Shown: positions 1 through 13,700 of the stretch, one piece after another | Layout of the letters: each line of letters begins with the position of its first letter | How positions within the stretch are numbered: position 1 is the first letter of the stretch | DNA from: Trichoplax adhaerens | Taxonomy: Eukaryota; Animalia; Placozoa | Assembly: GCF_000150275.1 (NCBI RefSeq) | Contig: NW_002060951.1 | Coordinates: forward strand, 64,775-128,774 | Length of the DNA: 64,000 nt | Direction: 5' to 3' | Notes under the pieces: model-generated | The model's input: only the letters and a program-made list of their open reading frames with translations | Databases searched by the model: none | What the model was told of the DNA's origin: nothing | Made by a program: the position numbers and the translations under genes

Positions 1-141
1 TACCAGCAATTAAATATATCCCTTCTTACTAACAGTTATTTCTGTTTCCCAATCTTTTTTACAAATTGACTTGCCCTGGATAATAATTATTGGCGGCCTT
101 TTTAAAATATACTACTTAACTTGCGCCAACTGATGATACAG

Positions 142-3100
142 ATGGATATTATATGAGTGAAAATGTCGTTGGCTCACCAGGAGGTAGGAAGTGTCGATGT
201 CGGAAGAGAATTGCAGACGAGTTTATGCATTCATCTGATAATTATAATTTGTTAACCAACTTTTCATAATATCATCAATATAGCCATACCCGACGTTATT
301 GCTCACTCTGGAATACCACCGTTAATTGTCAGCTTTGCGATTAACGCCATAATGCAAGTATGTGTTAAAAAGAAGGAAACGAAAAAATAAACTTCATAAT
401 GGATCATTCTAATAAATAATATTACGCTCCATGCCTAAAAATTGATATGGATACCGTATACCTCTTTAAATGTATGCAATCACGACTATTTAAATTTTAA
501 CACTTTTTTTTAATTATTGGCTAGGGTTCACTGCTCTTTGCATTTATGACATTGATACAGCAAGCTCGTATCATTTTATTCGCCAACATCGATATCTATC
601 AATCTAAGGTAAGATGGCAAATTTATAAATACGAGTAATGCTGCGCGAGTATGTGCCTAAAATCTTTTCGATTGATAGTTTAAACTGCTGAGACTATAGA
701 TATAAAAGACGCTAATATATCTTACGGATCGAATTAAAACAGGGAAAAAATAATGATGAAGAATTACCTATGCTTCCACCCATAAGCTTACAAGAAATTG
801 ATGAGAAAAATGAAGAAGATCAGTCAGCAGTAAATTGTAGCTCAATTGGTGGTATATTTCTACCCACTATTGGCCAGTATATGTTCAGCATTCTCGTCGT
901 ATTTATTCTGTAAGTTTGCCTGTCTAATCTTCGAAGTATGACTTACAGATCGGATTTGGTCCGAGTTTAATTTTCCTATTAAAGATTTTTGTTAAACCAA
1001 TTCCTTGTTGCTGTCAATTTTTGGCCTTGGCTCATTAAACTGCTAATTTGTAACGCTACTGCAATACGATAGAAGTATATACAATTATTGTATCTAGAAT
1101 GTTGCTTGAAATGGCATATATCAATATCTTGTGATATTATTTCATATGTAATTTACAAGTGAGCTAATTACCTTAACATTTTAGTGATACCAACAGCTGA
1201 ATTACGTAACTCTTTCTCACCTGTATACACCCCAGTCGTAGAATCGGTGATTTCTTAATCTAGCCATTGCCGGAATAATGATTGCGCTGAAAGTGGTACT
1301 AATTGCCATTAATAAATAACTTATTAAGCTACTGCTGTAAAATGCATACCATTGTGATGGTAGTTTGTAATTATTAATTGGCTTATCGCCATCCATTTCG
1401 ATCTATGTAGACAATTGGTCATATCTAAAGCTAATTTATTCGCTACATAATGCAGCTAAGAATCCTATTAATCGCCGTTTGCTTATTGAACACAATTGAC
1501 ACCAATCATGGTTATTCTGTTTATTCACAAAATAGTATGTCTCGTCGCTATTATTGCTATTTTGGAACATTTGCCATATATAAACCTTATTATTTCGTAG
1601 TTTATGCAGCGAGTATAAAGTTTATATCTATATACCCTTTTACTTTCTTGACATTACTATAACAAATATGAGCTATCATCATTAATTTTTCTTATCAATA
1701 GACAACAATTTTAAATAATCGATCTGCTGTAAGCCTCAAAAATTTCCCACTTGATGCAATGGCATTGATACTAATATGCCTTTTATTAATTTAAAGACTG
1801 TTGATATTACTACGATTATCATCAGACTTTATGAGATGATGAAGTCATTTACTGACTGAAATCACTAACTACGTTAATTACTTTTTTGCCTATGTTAGCT
1901 AGCAATGATGCCTCTCATTTTATTTATTTAAATTTTGATTTTTTCTAGGATGGGTGCCCTTGTTGCTGATACTTTAGGAGCGTCACAGAGTTTAGCATCA
2001 GTGATGAAGATCAAGTATACTAAACAAAGTTGAAAGAAAAACTTTAAGAATTATCGTTGTCTATAACGGAAAATAATTTTACATTCTAGGCCAATCTATG
2101 TTGTTCCATTCTTTCTTTGGTTATCGGCAATCCTACCAATTATTTTTGTTCGGTTTTTTTATCTATCGCTTCCTATCCTGATTCTTATTAAATATATCTT
2201 AGTTATTACCATAGTAAGTAGATATTATAGTGAAGATAACGAAAATTGTGCACCTAATTTTTACAGTTATTTTAAAGACTTGATAATCTATAGGAGATAA
2301 AGTAGCGTAAGTTAATAATACTGTTATAAAGTTGTCGATGCCATTCTTTTCTAAGATTATAGGTGCTCTATGCGCTGGAAATAAGATCAACATCGAGCCG
2401 CATACAGACTGGAAATATATTGGCTCTCCAATGCTCTTTATAACCTGCACTTTAGGTTAGCAAACTATTACATTTTTATTTCTCACTAAGGATGTTAAGA
2501 TCCAGACAGACTCTTAGCCTAACTTCTAAATAATATAATTGTAGTTTGAAATAATATTAATAATACATTACTGAATTGTATTAACTCCAAAAGTAGTTTT
2601 CAGGTAGGATTTAGTAACCTGCATAATTAGATATTTAACTGGGCAAATAATAGTAGTGTGTATTTACCATTCATATCATTCAATTGACAGGAGCATACGA
2701 GATTTTGTCACCATTTGTTTTCGTCCATATAAAACTAACAAAGAAAGAGGTATGTGATTATTTAAGCTCCAGGTAGCTTAATACTTGAGACTTAGCACTT
2801 TTTGTCAGAAAATAGAAAGATAAATCTGTGCTCTTCTTCATGCCGGAATTTTTCTAATCGATCGATAATCTAAGTAGCAAGTCATTAATAGAAATATTTG
2901 CCACAAATCAAAATATTTCCTGGACTGATTAATTCAATACGAAGATGAAACAATTCCTCTAACAGTTCATTCGTGTGCAATTAGAATAATTTCTTCTATT
3001 TTGAAATTACTGAATTTAATACATATTTCTTTAATAATTCCATCAAGGTTACTCTTTTTTTCCTTACTGTTGTGGCTGCTATTGTTTCTGTTTGTTTTTT

Positions 3101-6100
3101 CCAATCATTATGGTATGTCGAATTGTTTCAATGTAACCTATTTATCTAAAATAGTTTATACGAATTTATATTCTAGATAAATTGACCAGGATATCAGCCT
3201 GTGTTTATTAGCTTAATATTTCAAAATAAGTTTATTAACGAGTTTTAACATACGTCAGAGCATTTTATTGTGATAGAGGGTTCGAAGAGTCGGTAGCTAC
3301 GGACTTAATAGCCATTCACAGAAAATATGAAAGGGATTTTAATAAAATTATATAATGTATTATAGATAGTAGCGGAGGTACGATGCGTTAGTTATGGTAG
3401 ATCAGCGAGTAAGCTGTAGCGTAGTAACTTGAGGAAGTACTACTAGTGCGACTAGTGTAACTGACAAATCTGAGGCAGAAATCATCAGTATTATAGATTA
3501 AGAGATAGAACACATGTAAAGAACAGGATTGCAGAATTGGACATGACATTTATCATAAACGGACAGTGTAATAGCAAATGATTGCAGAAAACAGCGAAAA
3601 CTGTAGGTGCTATAAATAACTAAACATAACGAGCTATATTTGAGTATAGTAGAAATCGACTGTAAAGCTCTCTATACTCGATACAATACAAATTGTATAT
3701 ATTTAAGATTATGCTAAAGGCTACAGTGAATTCTAAATACACTACATTTATAACCAAAAGCCTTTAAAATATTGTACTCTTTCAATTACCAAAAGTAGTA
3801 ATTGCTTCGTAAAAATTCTGTATTAGACCATAACAAATAATCTACGGTACTGTACATAGGTAAAGGAATGAATCTATGTACAAGACCATGAAGAAACTAT
3901 TGCCATAATATTTTATTATAAATTGCAGATTATGTTAAGAGGATAATAATATCTGCTGGCGATAAAATATTTAGTAGCAATCATTATTGGTTTGACAACT
4001 TTCATTGTAATGCTAGCGCCTATAATGTCTTACCGACAGTTTCTCATATCAATAGTTAACACTTGGTAACTAAAAGCTTTGAAACAGTATTTATTTCTTA
4101 AGAATTAATAACATTGATGAGAGGGCACAAATTCATATATAAAGTAGAAACTATAATCTTCGACGAATATATGAAGATTAATCCGTATAAAACTGTGCAA
4201 AAACTAATGTTATAACGTTTTATGTCAAATTACCTATTAATTCTTCCAAGTATTAGCATTTACCAATATTAAACATGTAAAATATTACTTTTATAATCTT
4301 CCTCATAATATTAGGGCATACGCGGTTTTACGAATAGTTCCTCAAACTTGCCAAGATGTTCCACATTCGTGGGATAGTCAATTTAGCATAGCGGATAATT
4401 CAACTCATCCAAATTGTAATATTTCGCTCGCCTGGTAGGTCAATAATATTTAGTTAAGTGATTTTAACCGGCCTATATTAAATTATAGAAAGTTTTAAAT
4501 TACAGTTTGTGATTGAACGGCATTGATTATATTACTCTAGGGCCCATCGTGAAGGAGTTGTATGCGCAATACCAATGTTACGGGTATGTAAAAGTACTGA
4601 AATAGTTGTAATAAAAGTATAAATTTATTTAGAGAGATCCCAGGCATAATACGATCATCAAGCATAGATAAAAAAATATGCGTTGCTCTGGTATAAGATT
4701 ATTTTTAACTATGGACATAAAAAATAGTATAGCACGGGAGCGATCATGCAAGTATAAGACTATGTATTAAAGAACTATACCCAATTACGCATAGATTTGT
4801 TGCTGCGGATGTTTATAAATAGAAGAAGAATTTTAATGTAAGACTATTTTCAGAAAGTCATTCAGGTGGTGATATTGTGTAGGATATCACATTAAAGAAG
4901 AATAGTTGTAGCATAAATATTTGGTTATTATATAAAGCCATGCGTATAACCAGTATTTCCAGATACATCAGCAGTAATTGTAAGACAATGTAAATCTATT
5001 TTTAAGAGATTCATGAATAGTGCTACTGCTTCAGATATATAATGGTAGTGGAATAGTCTCACCATAAGTATAAGCTAGGGTGTAAATCACTACAACTATG
5101 GACATTTAAATATAAGAGAAGAGTCGTAATATTACGCTGCAACTAAGAAATTATGAATAGGAAATTATTGCTGCAAGTACTGCATTTAAATTACTGTATA
5201 TATTGCAAGACTATTTTTAATGAGTTTTGCCTGTAGTTAATAAATTGCTAAAGGTACTGTATTTGAGGTTATTTTTACGATATCAAACATCGATATCAGA
5301 TACTCTTTATGGGCTGTGGAAATAACACCATTGCAAGGGGGTATATGAAAATAGTAGAATGATTTTAGCATAGAATTGAGACACTTTCATGAAATTATGT
5401 GCATAGTACCAAAATTATGGATATCTAGAAAGAATAATAGAGTCCCTATCTAATTACAGTAACTAATCATTTAAGACTCGGAGCCAAATGATTCTAAATC
5501 GGTGATATCAAAGTATTTGAGGCACTAATACATTATTATGCTGTTACTTTTTTCTAGTAAGACTACATTGGAAGATAGAGTTAATTATTTCAGTAAAATT
5601 TTATCCTCGAAATAGATACATAAATGCAAATCATACATTTTATTTTATTGAAATTTTTAGATTGTTCGTGCCTACTACCCAGAGTACGACTGGATTGCTG
5701 TATTAAGTGCCATTACCTTATTTTTGATGATGACACTAAGTTATATCTGTAATACTTTGACTATGGCCAATGTTAGTAAGTATCAATGTCTGAACATCTT
5801 TGCAAAAAGCATTTACTTTGTATTAAATTAAGAAAACATTAGAATTAATATCTGATACTAGTTGCAGTCATGAATATACTCATATACTTATGCACAGCCA
5901 TTACATTTACCTAACAAATTTACCCTGATATGTCAACACTGATCAAATACAGTTGCAGGCATTATAATGTCTTCGCAAGAAAAGTTATGGGGAAAAATAC
6001 AATATAAACATGACGAAAATACTACCCAGAGTTATATACGTAAAGAGTAAGTACCGCTATAATATAGTCGAGAAGTTAAATTGGGCAGTGCGATCTAGTA

Positions 6101-7515
6101 ATTCAATATACGATAGCAGTATAGCTAGCGTAGTTAATCTGGAAACATTAGACCTAATTATTGATAAATTGCTGAACTATGGTAACCAAATGATAGAAGA
6201 CATTTCGTCTTGATGGAAAGAGGACTCTTTGATGATAATAGATCAAAAGTGTTAGAACTTAAAATTTGACAGTCTTTCTATTCAGCGCCATCATTACATT
6301 ATTAGCAGCTATATAACGATTGATCAATCTTGATAAATTAAAGGTTTAAACTTAACAATGAATAAAAATTGTTTAACTAGTATGTATCATATACAAGTAG
6401 TAGCATTCTTGTCATTTCCATATCCATACCTTTGACAGCTGGATACCAATGACATCGTTTTGATTGAACAAAAAATTGAACAACTACTAAAAATTATGGT
6501 ATTTGAACTTATTAGCATTTATAGTATAACGGGCTACCTTATTATTACCACCTTGATATTTTTAGCAGCCTTTTTCAATCCAAGGGTAAGATAAATTTGG
6601 TTTTTGGAATACTTTGTATTGGTAGTTAATTTAAAACTAACCATTATGATAACTATGACTACAAAATAATATTACAGGCATTTATTATCATTCTTCAGTA
6701 TGGAATGACAACCGCAAATAATATTATTGGAGGAATACTAGTACCAATTATGGTCATTCGATCTTATTTTAGCCTTGCCAGGTTAGATAATGCTATGAGT
6801 ATATAGTCCAATCAACATATGAACTTATTATTAGGGCTGCGAAACGAAATAAAATTAACTTACTTCAAAGTGGAAAATATTATAAGTATTAAAATCTGTA
6901 ACGATAAATGAAACACTCATTTATTTGAAATCAGGACGCGCAATGCAATATTTCAGCGTCAATTTTACACGCCAATCCGTGCTGGACTATTTGTAGTATT
7001 AATACTTAACTATATGAAACAACAAGTGCAGTTAAGATTGGAATATAAAACGCTAATAAAGTAGCATAGATTTAAATTAATATACATCATTCTATCAATA
7101 CTGCTTTTAGTAGTAATCTTTATAATGTACAATCAATGAGCCTTTCCAAATATTCTTAAAATTGTTTAGATGCGGTTACTGATTTTATCACGCTAAAATA
7201 CGACATTATATGCATAAATTAGATACATATTTCGGTTTCTTATTGTATTACATCGGTAGTAACCTTAAGAATTATTCAGATCGAGTCTTATTAAACCATA
7301 ATTGAACTCACTTACAAAGTTGTTGTAGCTGTTACATTTATATCAGCATACATTTGCTGGTTGATATTAACTACTGGAATTTTCTGTTTCTTTTTGATTG
7401 TAGACATTTGGCAATACCAGTGCCTATGAATATAGCTAGTTACATTTTATTCGGAATATCAACACTCTTTTTCTTATCGCAATTAATTTATGCTATTGTA
7501 GCACTTGCTAGCTAA
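142..7515 (+). CDS. Multi-exon (~16 exons) amino-acid-permease-fold transporter, TMEM104/Trp-Tyr-permease-related, paralogue 1; 5' end not identified (probably upstream of the window)
   Basis: Phase-consistent GT-AG exons include 142-183, 284-357 (AIPDVIAHSGIPPLIVSFAINAIMQ), 525-608, 743-909, from 1949, from 4315 (WAYAVLRIVPQTCQ...CNISLAW), 4541-4583, from 5661 (IVRAYYPEYDWIA), and a last exon 7404-7515 ending in TAA. The product has many hydrophobic helices and is exon-for-exon homologous to 10718-16074. Family assignment is from motif memory only. Confidence 0.8.
1120..1935 (+). pseudogene. Decayed class A GPCR nested (sense) in intron 910-1948 of transporter 1
   Basis: Ordered remnants: TM1 LNILVI; TM2 HLYTP..FLNLAIAG (1251-); TM3 CCKMHTIVMVVC (1333-) and LIAIHFDLC (D at 1400); ORF 1450-1662 reads as TM4-ECL2 Cys-TM5 (RYYCYF...IYPFTFLTLL); TM7-like AMMPLILF. 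Multiple stops and frameshifts. Confidence 0.65.
3230..4100 (-). pseudogene. Decayed near-full-length class A GPCR nested (antisense) in intron 3113-4314 of transporter 1
   Basis: Minus strand reads TVGKTL (TM1 GN-like), LLNILSPADIIILL (TM2), WSCT*IHSF (TM3 Cys) and YEAITT. A long frame with scattered stops follows: VVYLEFTVAFSIIL..LYCIEY..YV*LFIAPTVFAVFCN..ILFFTCVLSL (TM4-TM6), then LIYHN*RIVPPLL (TM7). The 3' half is homologous to 10200-10680. Confidence 0.6.
4600..5520 (-). pseudogene. Decayed class A GPCR nested (antisense) in intron 4584-5660 of transporter 1
   Basis: Ordered minus-strand remnants: ISIILVLC, STIFIYPLAM (TM2-like), IISYS*FL (TM3 end), TIPLPLY (TM4), LHC..GFI**PNI (ECL2/TM5) and CMIAPVLYYFLCP*LK (TM7/H8). 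Confidence 0.45.
6930..7400 (+). pseudogene. Partial decayed class A GPCR (TM3-TM6) in the last intron (6782-7403) of transporter 1
   Basis: Hydrophobic LIYIILSILLLVVIFIM, then FGFLLYYIGSNLK (TM5 end) and KVVVAVTFISAYICWLI (CWxP-like; TGC TGG at 7355-7360). Confidence 0.45.
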
Positions 7516-7699
7516 ACATGCGTAGTGTAGTCTAATTAATTTTAGGTCCATCATATAATCTAGATTTGCATCATCTTAATTTTAATTCTATTTCCGAATG
7601 GATGTAATAAATGGAGACACTCCAGATTAATATTACAATCCCAATGTCTTCAACGCATCACCAGTCAATCAATAGCATATAGATAGTCGAGAGTATTAC

Positions 7700-8720
7700 T
7701 AATGCTTTACTATTATCATTGAAATTTTTTGCGTAGTATGATTTTAAATTATTTTCTACCTAGTGTAGCTACGGTACTATCATTATGATCATTATCATTC
7801 AGAATTGTTAGCATACCAGTAGAAATCGTCGAATAAATTGTGCAGTATTTCTGTTCTTGTTTTGATGAATTTGGCTATTAAAAGATGGAATTAGATTAAA
7901 GGCAATCTAATTAGTCATATAATACGGTACACGAGTATTTTCATAGAGCTAACAACAACTATTATTTTGGTGTATTTATATTTCTCGGTAAGCAAGCCAA
8001 GAATGGGCTCAGTTTATACTAGAAAATGTAGAAAAATTTCCCTAACACTGTACAGCATATTCTTTAAAATCACCTTTATTGAGTAAAAGGTATGAACTAT
8101 TTTACAGATACAGCCTGAAGTACTTAATTATTTATTCCAAGATGATGCAGTACTCAAGATCATCTCAGATAATTATAATTACGTACTCGCAGATTCTATT
8201 ACAGACAATACACGATAACATCTTAGCCTACATCATGCGTACGTAAAATATTAACGTATACTGGTTACATATACCGGCATATACAACTGTCTTTGGGTGA
8301 ACAATTTGAGAAGATAACTCATAATAGATAATTTAGACTTACAGTATTGTTTGCTCTACAGTATGTCCTTCTATATACAGTATGCATAGTATAAATGTTG
8401 TGAATCTCACTCCTACATATTACTTGATAAAATGCAGCAACGGAAAAATAAAATCATGCCTTAAAAGGTAGAGGATGGTGGGCTTAGATTTTGTTTAGTA
8501 GAAAGCTTATATATAGTAGATACAGTCATGCCACAAATCATAATTATTGTATAGAAGAAGATATTATTTGTTCTTAATGTATTTTTACTACTTTATTTCA
8601 TTGTTCATCATACTCATATTTTGATATGTTCTGATATCATATGATATATTTTGATCCTTCATATAAGTATTTATTAATTCTTTTTGCCATGTGTATAATT
8701 GTAAAAAGCAAGAATGGAAA
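7700..8720 (+). pseudogene. Decayed class A GPCR between the two transporter genes
   Basis: LMNLAI-DG (TM2, ~7862-7892), KCRKISLTLYSIFF..SKRY (TM3), VMPQIIIIV*KKI (TM5, ~8525) and FDPSY (TM7-like, ~8650). Confidence 0.4.
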
Positions 8721-9199
8721 GATAGATAGGCTCATATCGTAAATGAAGAAAATCATTATAATGATTTACGAATCAATGTATAACTATATCATCAATTATT
8801 TATGAATTATAATCTGATTCTACTGTATTTTTCAGAATTTAATTTATCCATCGCCAATATTAAATGTACATGTCTTATTATATTATTATTCTAGAATTTA
8901 CAATACAATCGATACATACATACGAATGTAACATAATAGAACATCTATATCTTGCTTCGAGTATGAGAGAGTAAACTATAATGATAAAGGATAGATTAAT
9001 AATTAAAAGTGAGGAGAAAGGATCGCATATAAATATTTTTGGGTGAGAAAAAACATTTCCATAACTAAGTCATTAATCATACTACCTTGGAATACGATGT
9101 TAATCGGTGAAGCAATTAAATTTTTAATACATAATTATTCTGTTAATGCTTTACTATGATGGAATTGAAGTCTAACCGATACATCTTATTTAGAATTCT

Positions 9200-9800
9200 A
9201 AGTACATATGTATGTTGTAGCTAAAGCCGGTAATATGGCTGACCACTTTCATATTAATTCCTACAAATCAATACTTATGTAAAATGGCTATAATTATACG
9301 ATCATGCAAGGCTAATATAACGACGATACGATTTGTATGGCAAGTATACAAGTTCTAGTCTCGGTAATAAAATGTCCAGGTAGTCATGCACAAAAATAAG
9401 ACAAAGGTCAATTCCACACCTCATGATGAAGTGATTGATACATTAAAGAGCCGAGGATGTGTTGATGGTATCTTATTTAAGCACAGTAATTCAATTAATT
9501 AATGACGTAATGTACGTAAATACTTATAAAATATTATAATCGGATTACTGAATGTCTAACTACGATCCTTAATGGATTTCTAAGTCCATGCATAGCTCCG
9601 AATTTTTATTAATTATAATTCAGTTATCCATATGGTTATAACAAACTATCAGTAAGTCTGCCATAGCCATGCTTTACAATAACTTACAGTCCTGGAACTA
9701 TTCCATTATAGCTTGATAACATGGCTAATCCTTCTGCTTTCTGTGGCGAATATTTCAAATATTTTATCGTCTGTAAGTGCACAATAAGTAACTTTGTTAT
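9200..9800 (-). pseudogene. Possible GPCR relic
   Basis: SMAMADLLIVC (TM2, ~9640-9673) and ILALHDRIIIAI (~9300). The spacing between them is about twice the canonical distance, so this may be two fragments or chance. Confidence 0.3.
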
Positions 9801-10199
9801 TCATTTAGATCATCATATTGATATGAAGTTAGAATTAAATAAATCATAATAGAATTTTCTTCAAGAAAATCCTTAAGTGACATAAAGTAGATCCTTTTAC
9901 CTAAGGTAGAGACAGGCTAGGCTACTTTAATCCCGAATATGTTTTGGCGGAGGTATGTTCTGGTCTACTACACCGACAGTAATAAGCGTTCATATATCGA
10001 TTGATACTAATATTTCTCGAGAGATCTATTAAGTTAAACTTTGTATACCATTCTAGTGACTATTTCGCAATTATTGATCGCATTTACCCTGTATAGTGCC
10101 TCATACGAAGTACAGAATAAAGATGTCAATTTATAGTACTTACTTTTGCTATGACACTGCTACTTATCTATAGCAAATGTAAAATGCGGACTGTATCCA

Positions 10200-10680
10200 A
10201 ACAGTTTAAAATAATCCTTGCTGTGATGGAGGGTTCGATATCTCAGAGGATTGAGATTTAGTTGCCATTTACAATTAGTACACCAAAGGTTGTATAAAGT
10301 TATACTTTGTTTTAAGTAGTAAAGTAAGTACAGTGAGGTAGTTACGGTAGATCAGCGTGCAAGCTGTCGTGAGTAATGTGTGAAGACTAACCAGGAAACT
10401 AACGATTTCTGGGGTGGAAATCGGCGGTATTTGTATTTTAAAGATAGAATACATGCAGAGAATAGCATTGTAGAATTAGATACAACATATACCATAACAG
10501 GTCACAACATAACTGATGATTGTTGCAAACAGCGAGTACTGTAATAACTAAATGCAGTAGCCTATATATGAATGTGAAGTAAGCGGGCTGTAGATATGTC
10601 TAAGTATAAGAGCAATACAACATGTCTATATTTAAGAGTAGAATATAGTTACAGTATATTCTAAATACACTACACTTGCA
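10200..10680 (-). pseudogene. Decayed GPCR 3' half (TM4 to C-terminus), homologous to 3270-3750
   Basis: Direct nucleotide similarity to 3270-3750 (GTGATxGAGGGTTCGA, GGTAGATCAGCG, TTCTAAATACACTACA). The conserved minus-strand frame reads LYC...SNSTMLFSACILSL...TACTLIYRNY. Confidence 0.55.
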
Positions 10681-10717
10681 TATGTTGGGTTTGATTGCAA
10701 CCTTTTATTTACACTAG

Positions 10718-13700
10718 ATGGCTTTTACTTATGCCTATACATCTCGTCTTCGCCGGGAGGTAAATATATTGGGAAAGATTGATAAATTATCGGAAAGTCC
10801 AAGTCTTGCCAAGTCTACATAATAGCAAGTGATAATTAAAGGAGTGCTCAAATATTCCTACGACAGCTTCAAATAATTATAATTTGCCTTTAGTAGCATG
10901 CTACTCAATTTATAACTTCGCTATTTCGAACAACCCAAAATTTGTAGCTAATTTTTTTTTAGTTCTAATAGAAATTTCGGTATCATAACTATTTTATTAT
11001 AGCGATTTCAGCTGATTAAAGTAGTAATCTACATTAAATTTGTACTAGTAATACGAAATAAAGCATCATGTGAAGTAGAATAGTCGCTGGGCTAATTAAA
11101 GTAATTATAGATGATTACCGGTGTGATGAAACGTTGTACTTCTACTATTAGTACTAGGTACATTAGATACATCTATTTAATCTTAACACATCTTATAAAA
11201 ACCAATAGTAACGATATTTAACTTTGACGATATCGAATACGATCTTTAAGAAGGCTCTCAATAGTGCATACTTTGCTATCATCTATCTAAAGAGGTCTTA
11301 TCATTTATTAATATCGATTTGCCTATTAAAAACTTAGCATTAATTTAGACCGCATCTAGTTGCCTAGATAGCATCGCTATATTAGAACTATCACGATATG
11401 CTATATGAAGCGGATGCTAATGAAATTAGTACCGTGCGATAATTTCAATAATCAAAACTTGCATGATCGATGTAGCTTTGCCTTCTGTTGTTGATCTTTC
11501 TGGATTACCACCACTCATTGTGAGCTTCTGCTTAAACATTGTTCTCCAAGTAAGATCGCTAGAATATTGTAAAATCTTACATTATTGTATTTTATGATTA
11601 AGAAGTACGCTAGTCCATATGCTAACTGATCACGTTAACTATCTACATTGGTTATTTTTATTGAATTTCTTATACAAACAGAGTTCTATCATTTATGCTT
11701 ACACTACATTAATGCAGCAAGCTCGAATCATTATTTTTTCCAGCCTAGATACTAATCACTTACAGGTAGGCATAGGCTACTAAATTTTGTCATTTCTATC
11801 ACGAAAGCGTGCTATACTCTTTTTAAATACTCTTAATTGTATGCTGTGAATTAGCATAAGCACAGTACTCATATAGTAAATATTCTAACTCTATCAATCA
11901 AGGATAGTGATAAGGAAGACGAAAATTCTCCAATACTAGCGCCGATCAGCTTTGAGGAAATTGATAAAAAAAATCAAGCCAATAAAGTTCTTGTTACTTC
12001 TAGTGCAATTGGTGGTATTTTTTTACCAATTTTCGGTCAAATCATTTTTAATCTCTTCGTTATTCTGCTCTTGTTAGTTTCAAACCTATAGTTTATCAAG
12101 CTACTTAACTTTATAAAACTACATGAACTAGATTACCTTTTTATTGCGCACTCTATATTGTGCATTTTAGTGAATAAAAAATAAACGATTTTTATGATAT
12201 AGAGTTATTTATTACCTTTACGAAGGACGAATATAGATATTTCTATGTCTAGAGTAGTTGAATTTAATATATTTTTTTCAGTATGCCACCTATGATTTCG
12301 GCTGCATTAGGAGGTTCTCAAAGCTTTGCAGCTTTGATTGGAGTCAAGTAATACTATTGTATAAATATTCTTTACTTTTGAGTAAAATTTAATTATAATT
12401 TCAATATTTTCCTCTATAGCTACAACTACATTATCGGTCCATATGTATGGATTTTTGCTATTCTATCTATGATTGCCCATCGTGTACTACATTACTCTAT
12501 ACCAATTATGGCAGGATTGAAATATGTCTTATTGTTAACAATTGTAAGTTGTGTTCAAATTAATGTTGGGCAATTTTTTAAATGGATAAATATTGAATAA
12601 GATACCTACAAATTATTTAAGCATTTTCTTGAATTAAATTTTATTAGAGTGATGCTTTGTTTCTTATAACGTATATTTACGGATAATGAATGTTATGAAA
12701 TTTTTAAAAACTAGATTATCGGATGTCTATGTATTGGGAATAAAGCTGATATTGTAGCACATACTAATTGGGATTATATAGCCTCTCCTCTGTTATTTTC
12801 AACATTTACAATAGGCAAGTGCATGAGGTTACTTTCCTAATTCAACTGCTAATGAAAAATAACCTACTGTATATTCAAGATATAGACATTTTATCGATCA
12901 TTTTAGTATAAAAGTAAGATTCACTTTATTGCTGTTATCATTTTTTTAACCTAGGTCATACATGTATATTGATTTTATAGTATCAATTTATTGATTCATG
13001 TTTTAAATTTTATTTAAATGCAGGGGGTTTCGAAATTATGGCTCCTACTATGTTTGCAAGTATTAATCTAAAAAAACGAGAGGTAAGAAATTGTACGGGG
13101 TAAATGACAATGTATTTATCGGAAAATTGGACTAGTTATAGTAGTAACGACATAGAAAAATAATAATACATTTGTCGGTAAATTGGGCTAATTAGGGCAG
13201 TTACGATGTAGAAAATAATTATGATGTTAGCTATAAAGAAATTACACTAATTTATAATTTTATAGTGTACTTTGCATGCAATCGATGTATGATTGCGTTC
13301 CAGTTACCGTTTTTGAATATATTTGATTCAATATTATAAAAACATCCTCAACAGTGATGAATACTAATGGATTACATAACCTAGTAAATGTAGACGGAAC
13401 TAGGTAGAGAATTATTTTATTCCATTTTCTGACTTTTAATTAAAAATCATTTAAATAATATAGATTATTTTGTTCCTGGTCGCTATAATAAGTGCTATAA
13501 TTACCATTGCATTTATTCAAGCTCTGTGGTAAGTATAATACTATGTAATTCATTTTAGCTATAACATGTGTATCTATATAGATTTTTAGATAAAACATAT
13601 GATAAATAAGGTATTTCATTTACTATAAGCGGTATCAATTACTACTATAAAATTATCATAATTAGTTGCCTTTTTACCTTATATGATTTACTTATATCCG

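Noticed and set aside
3270-5520. Initially read as degenerate CR1/L2 LINE reverse-transcriptase fragments
   Set aside because: No YADD, QG or DFxKAFD core is present. Ordered hydrophobic helices with GPCR motifs explain the sequence better.
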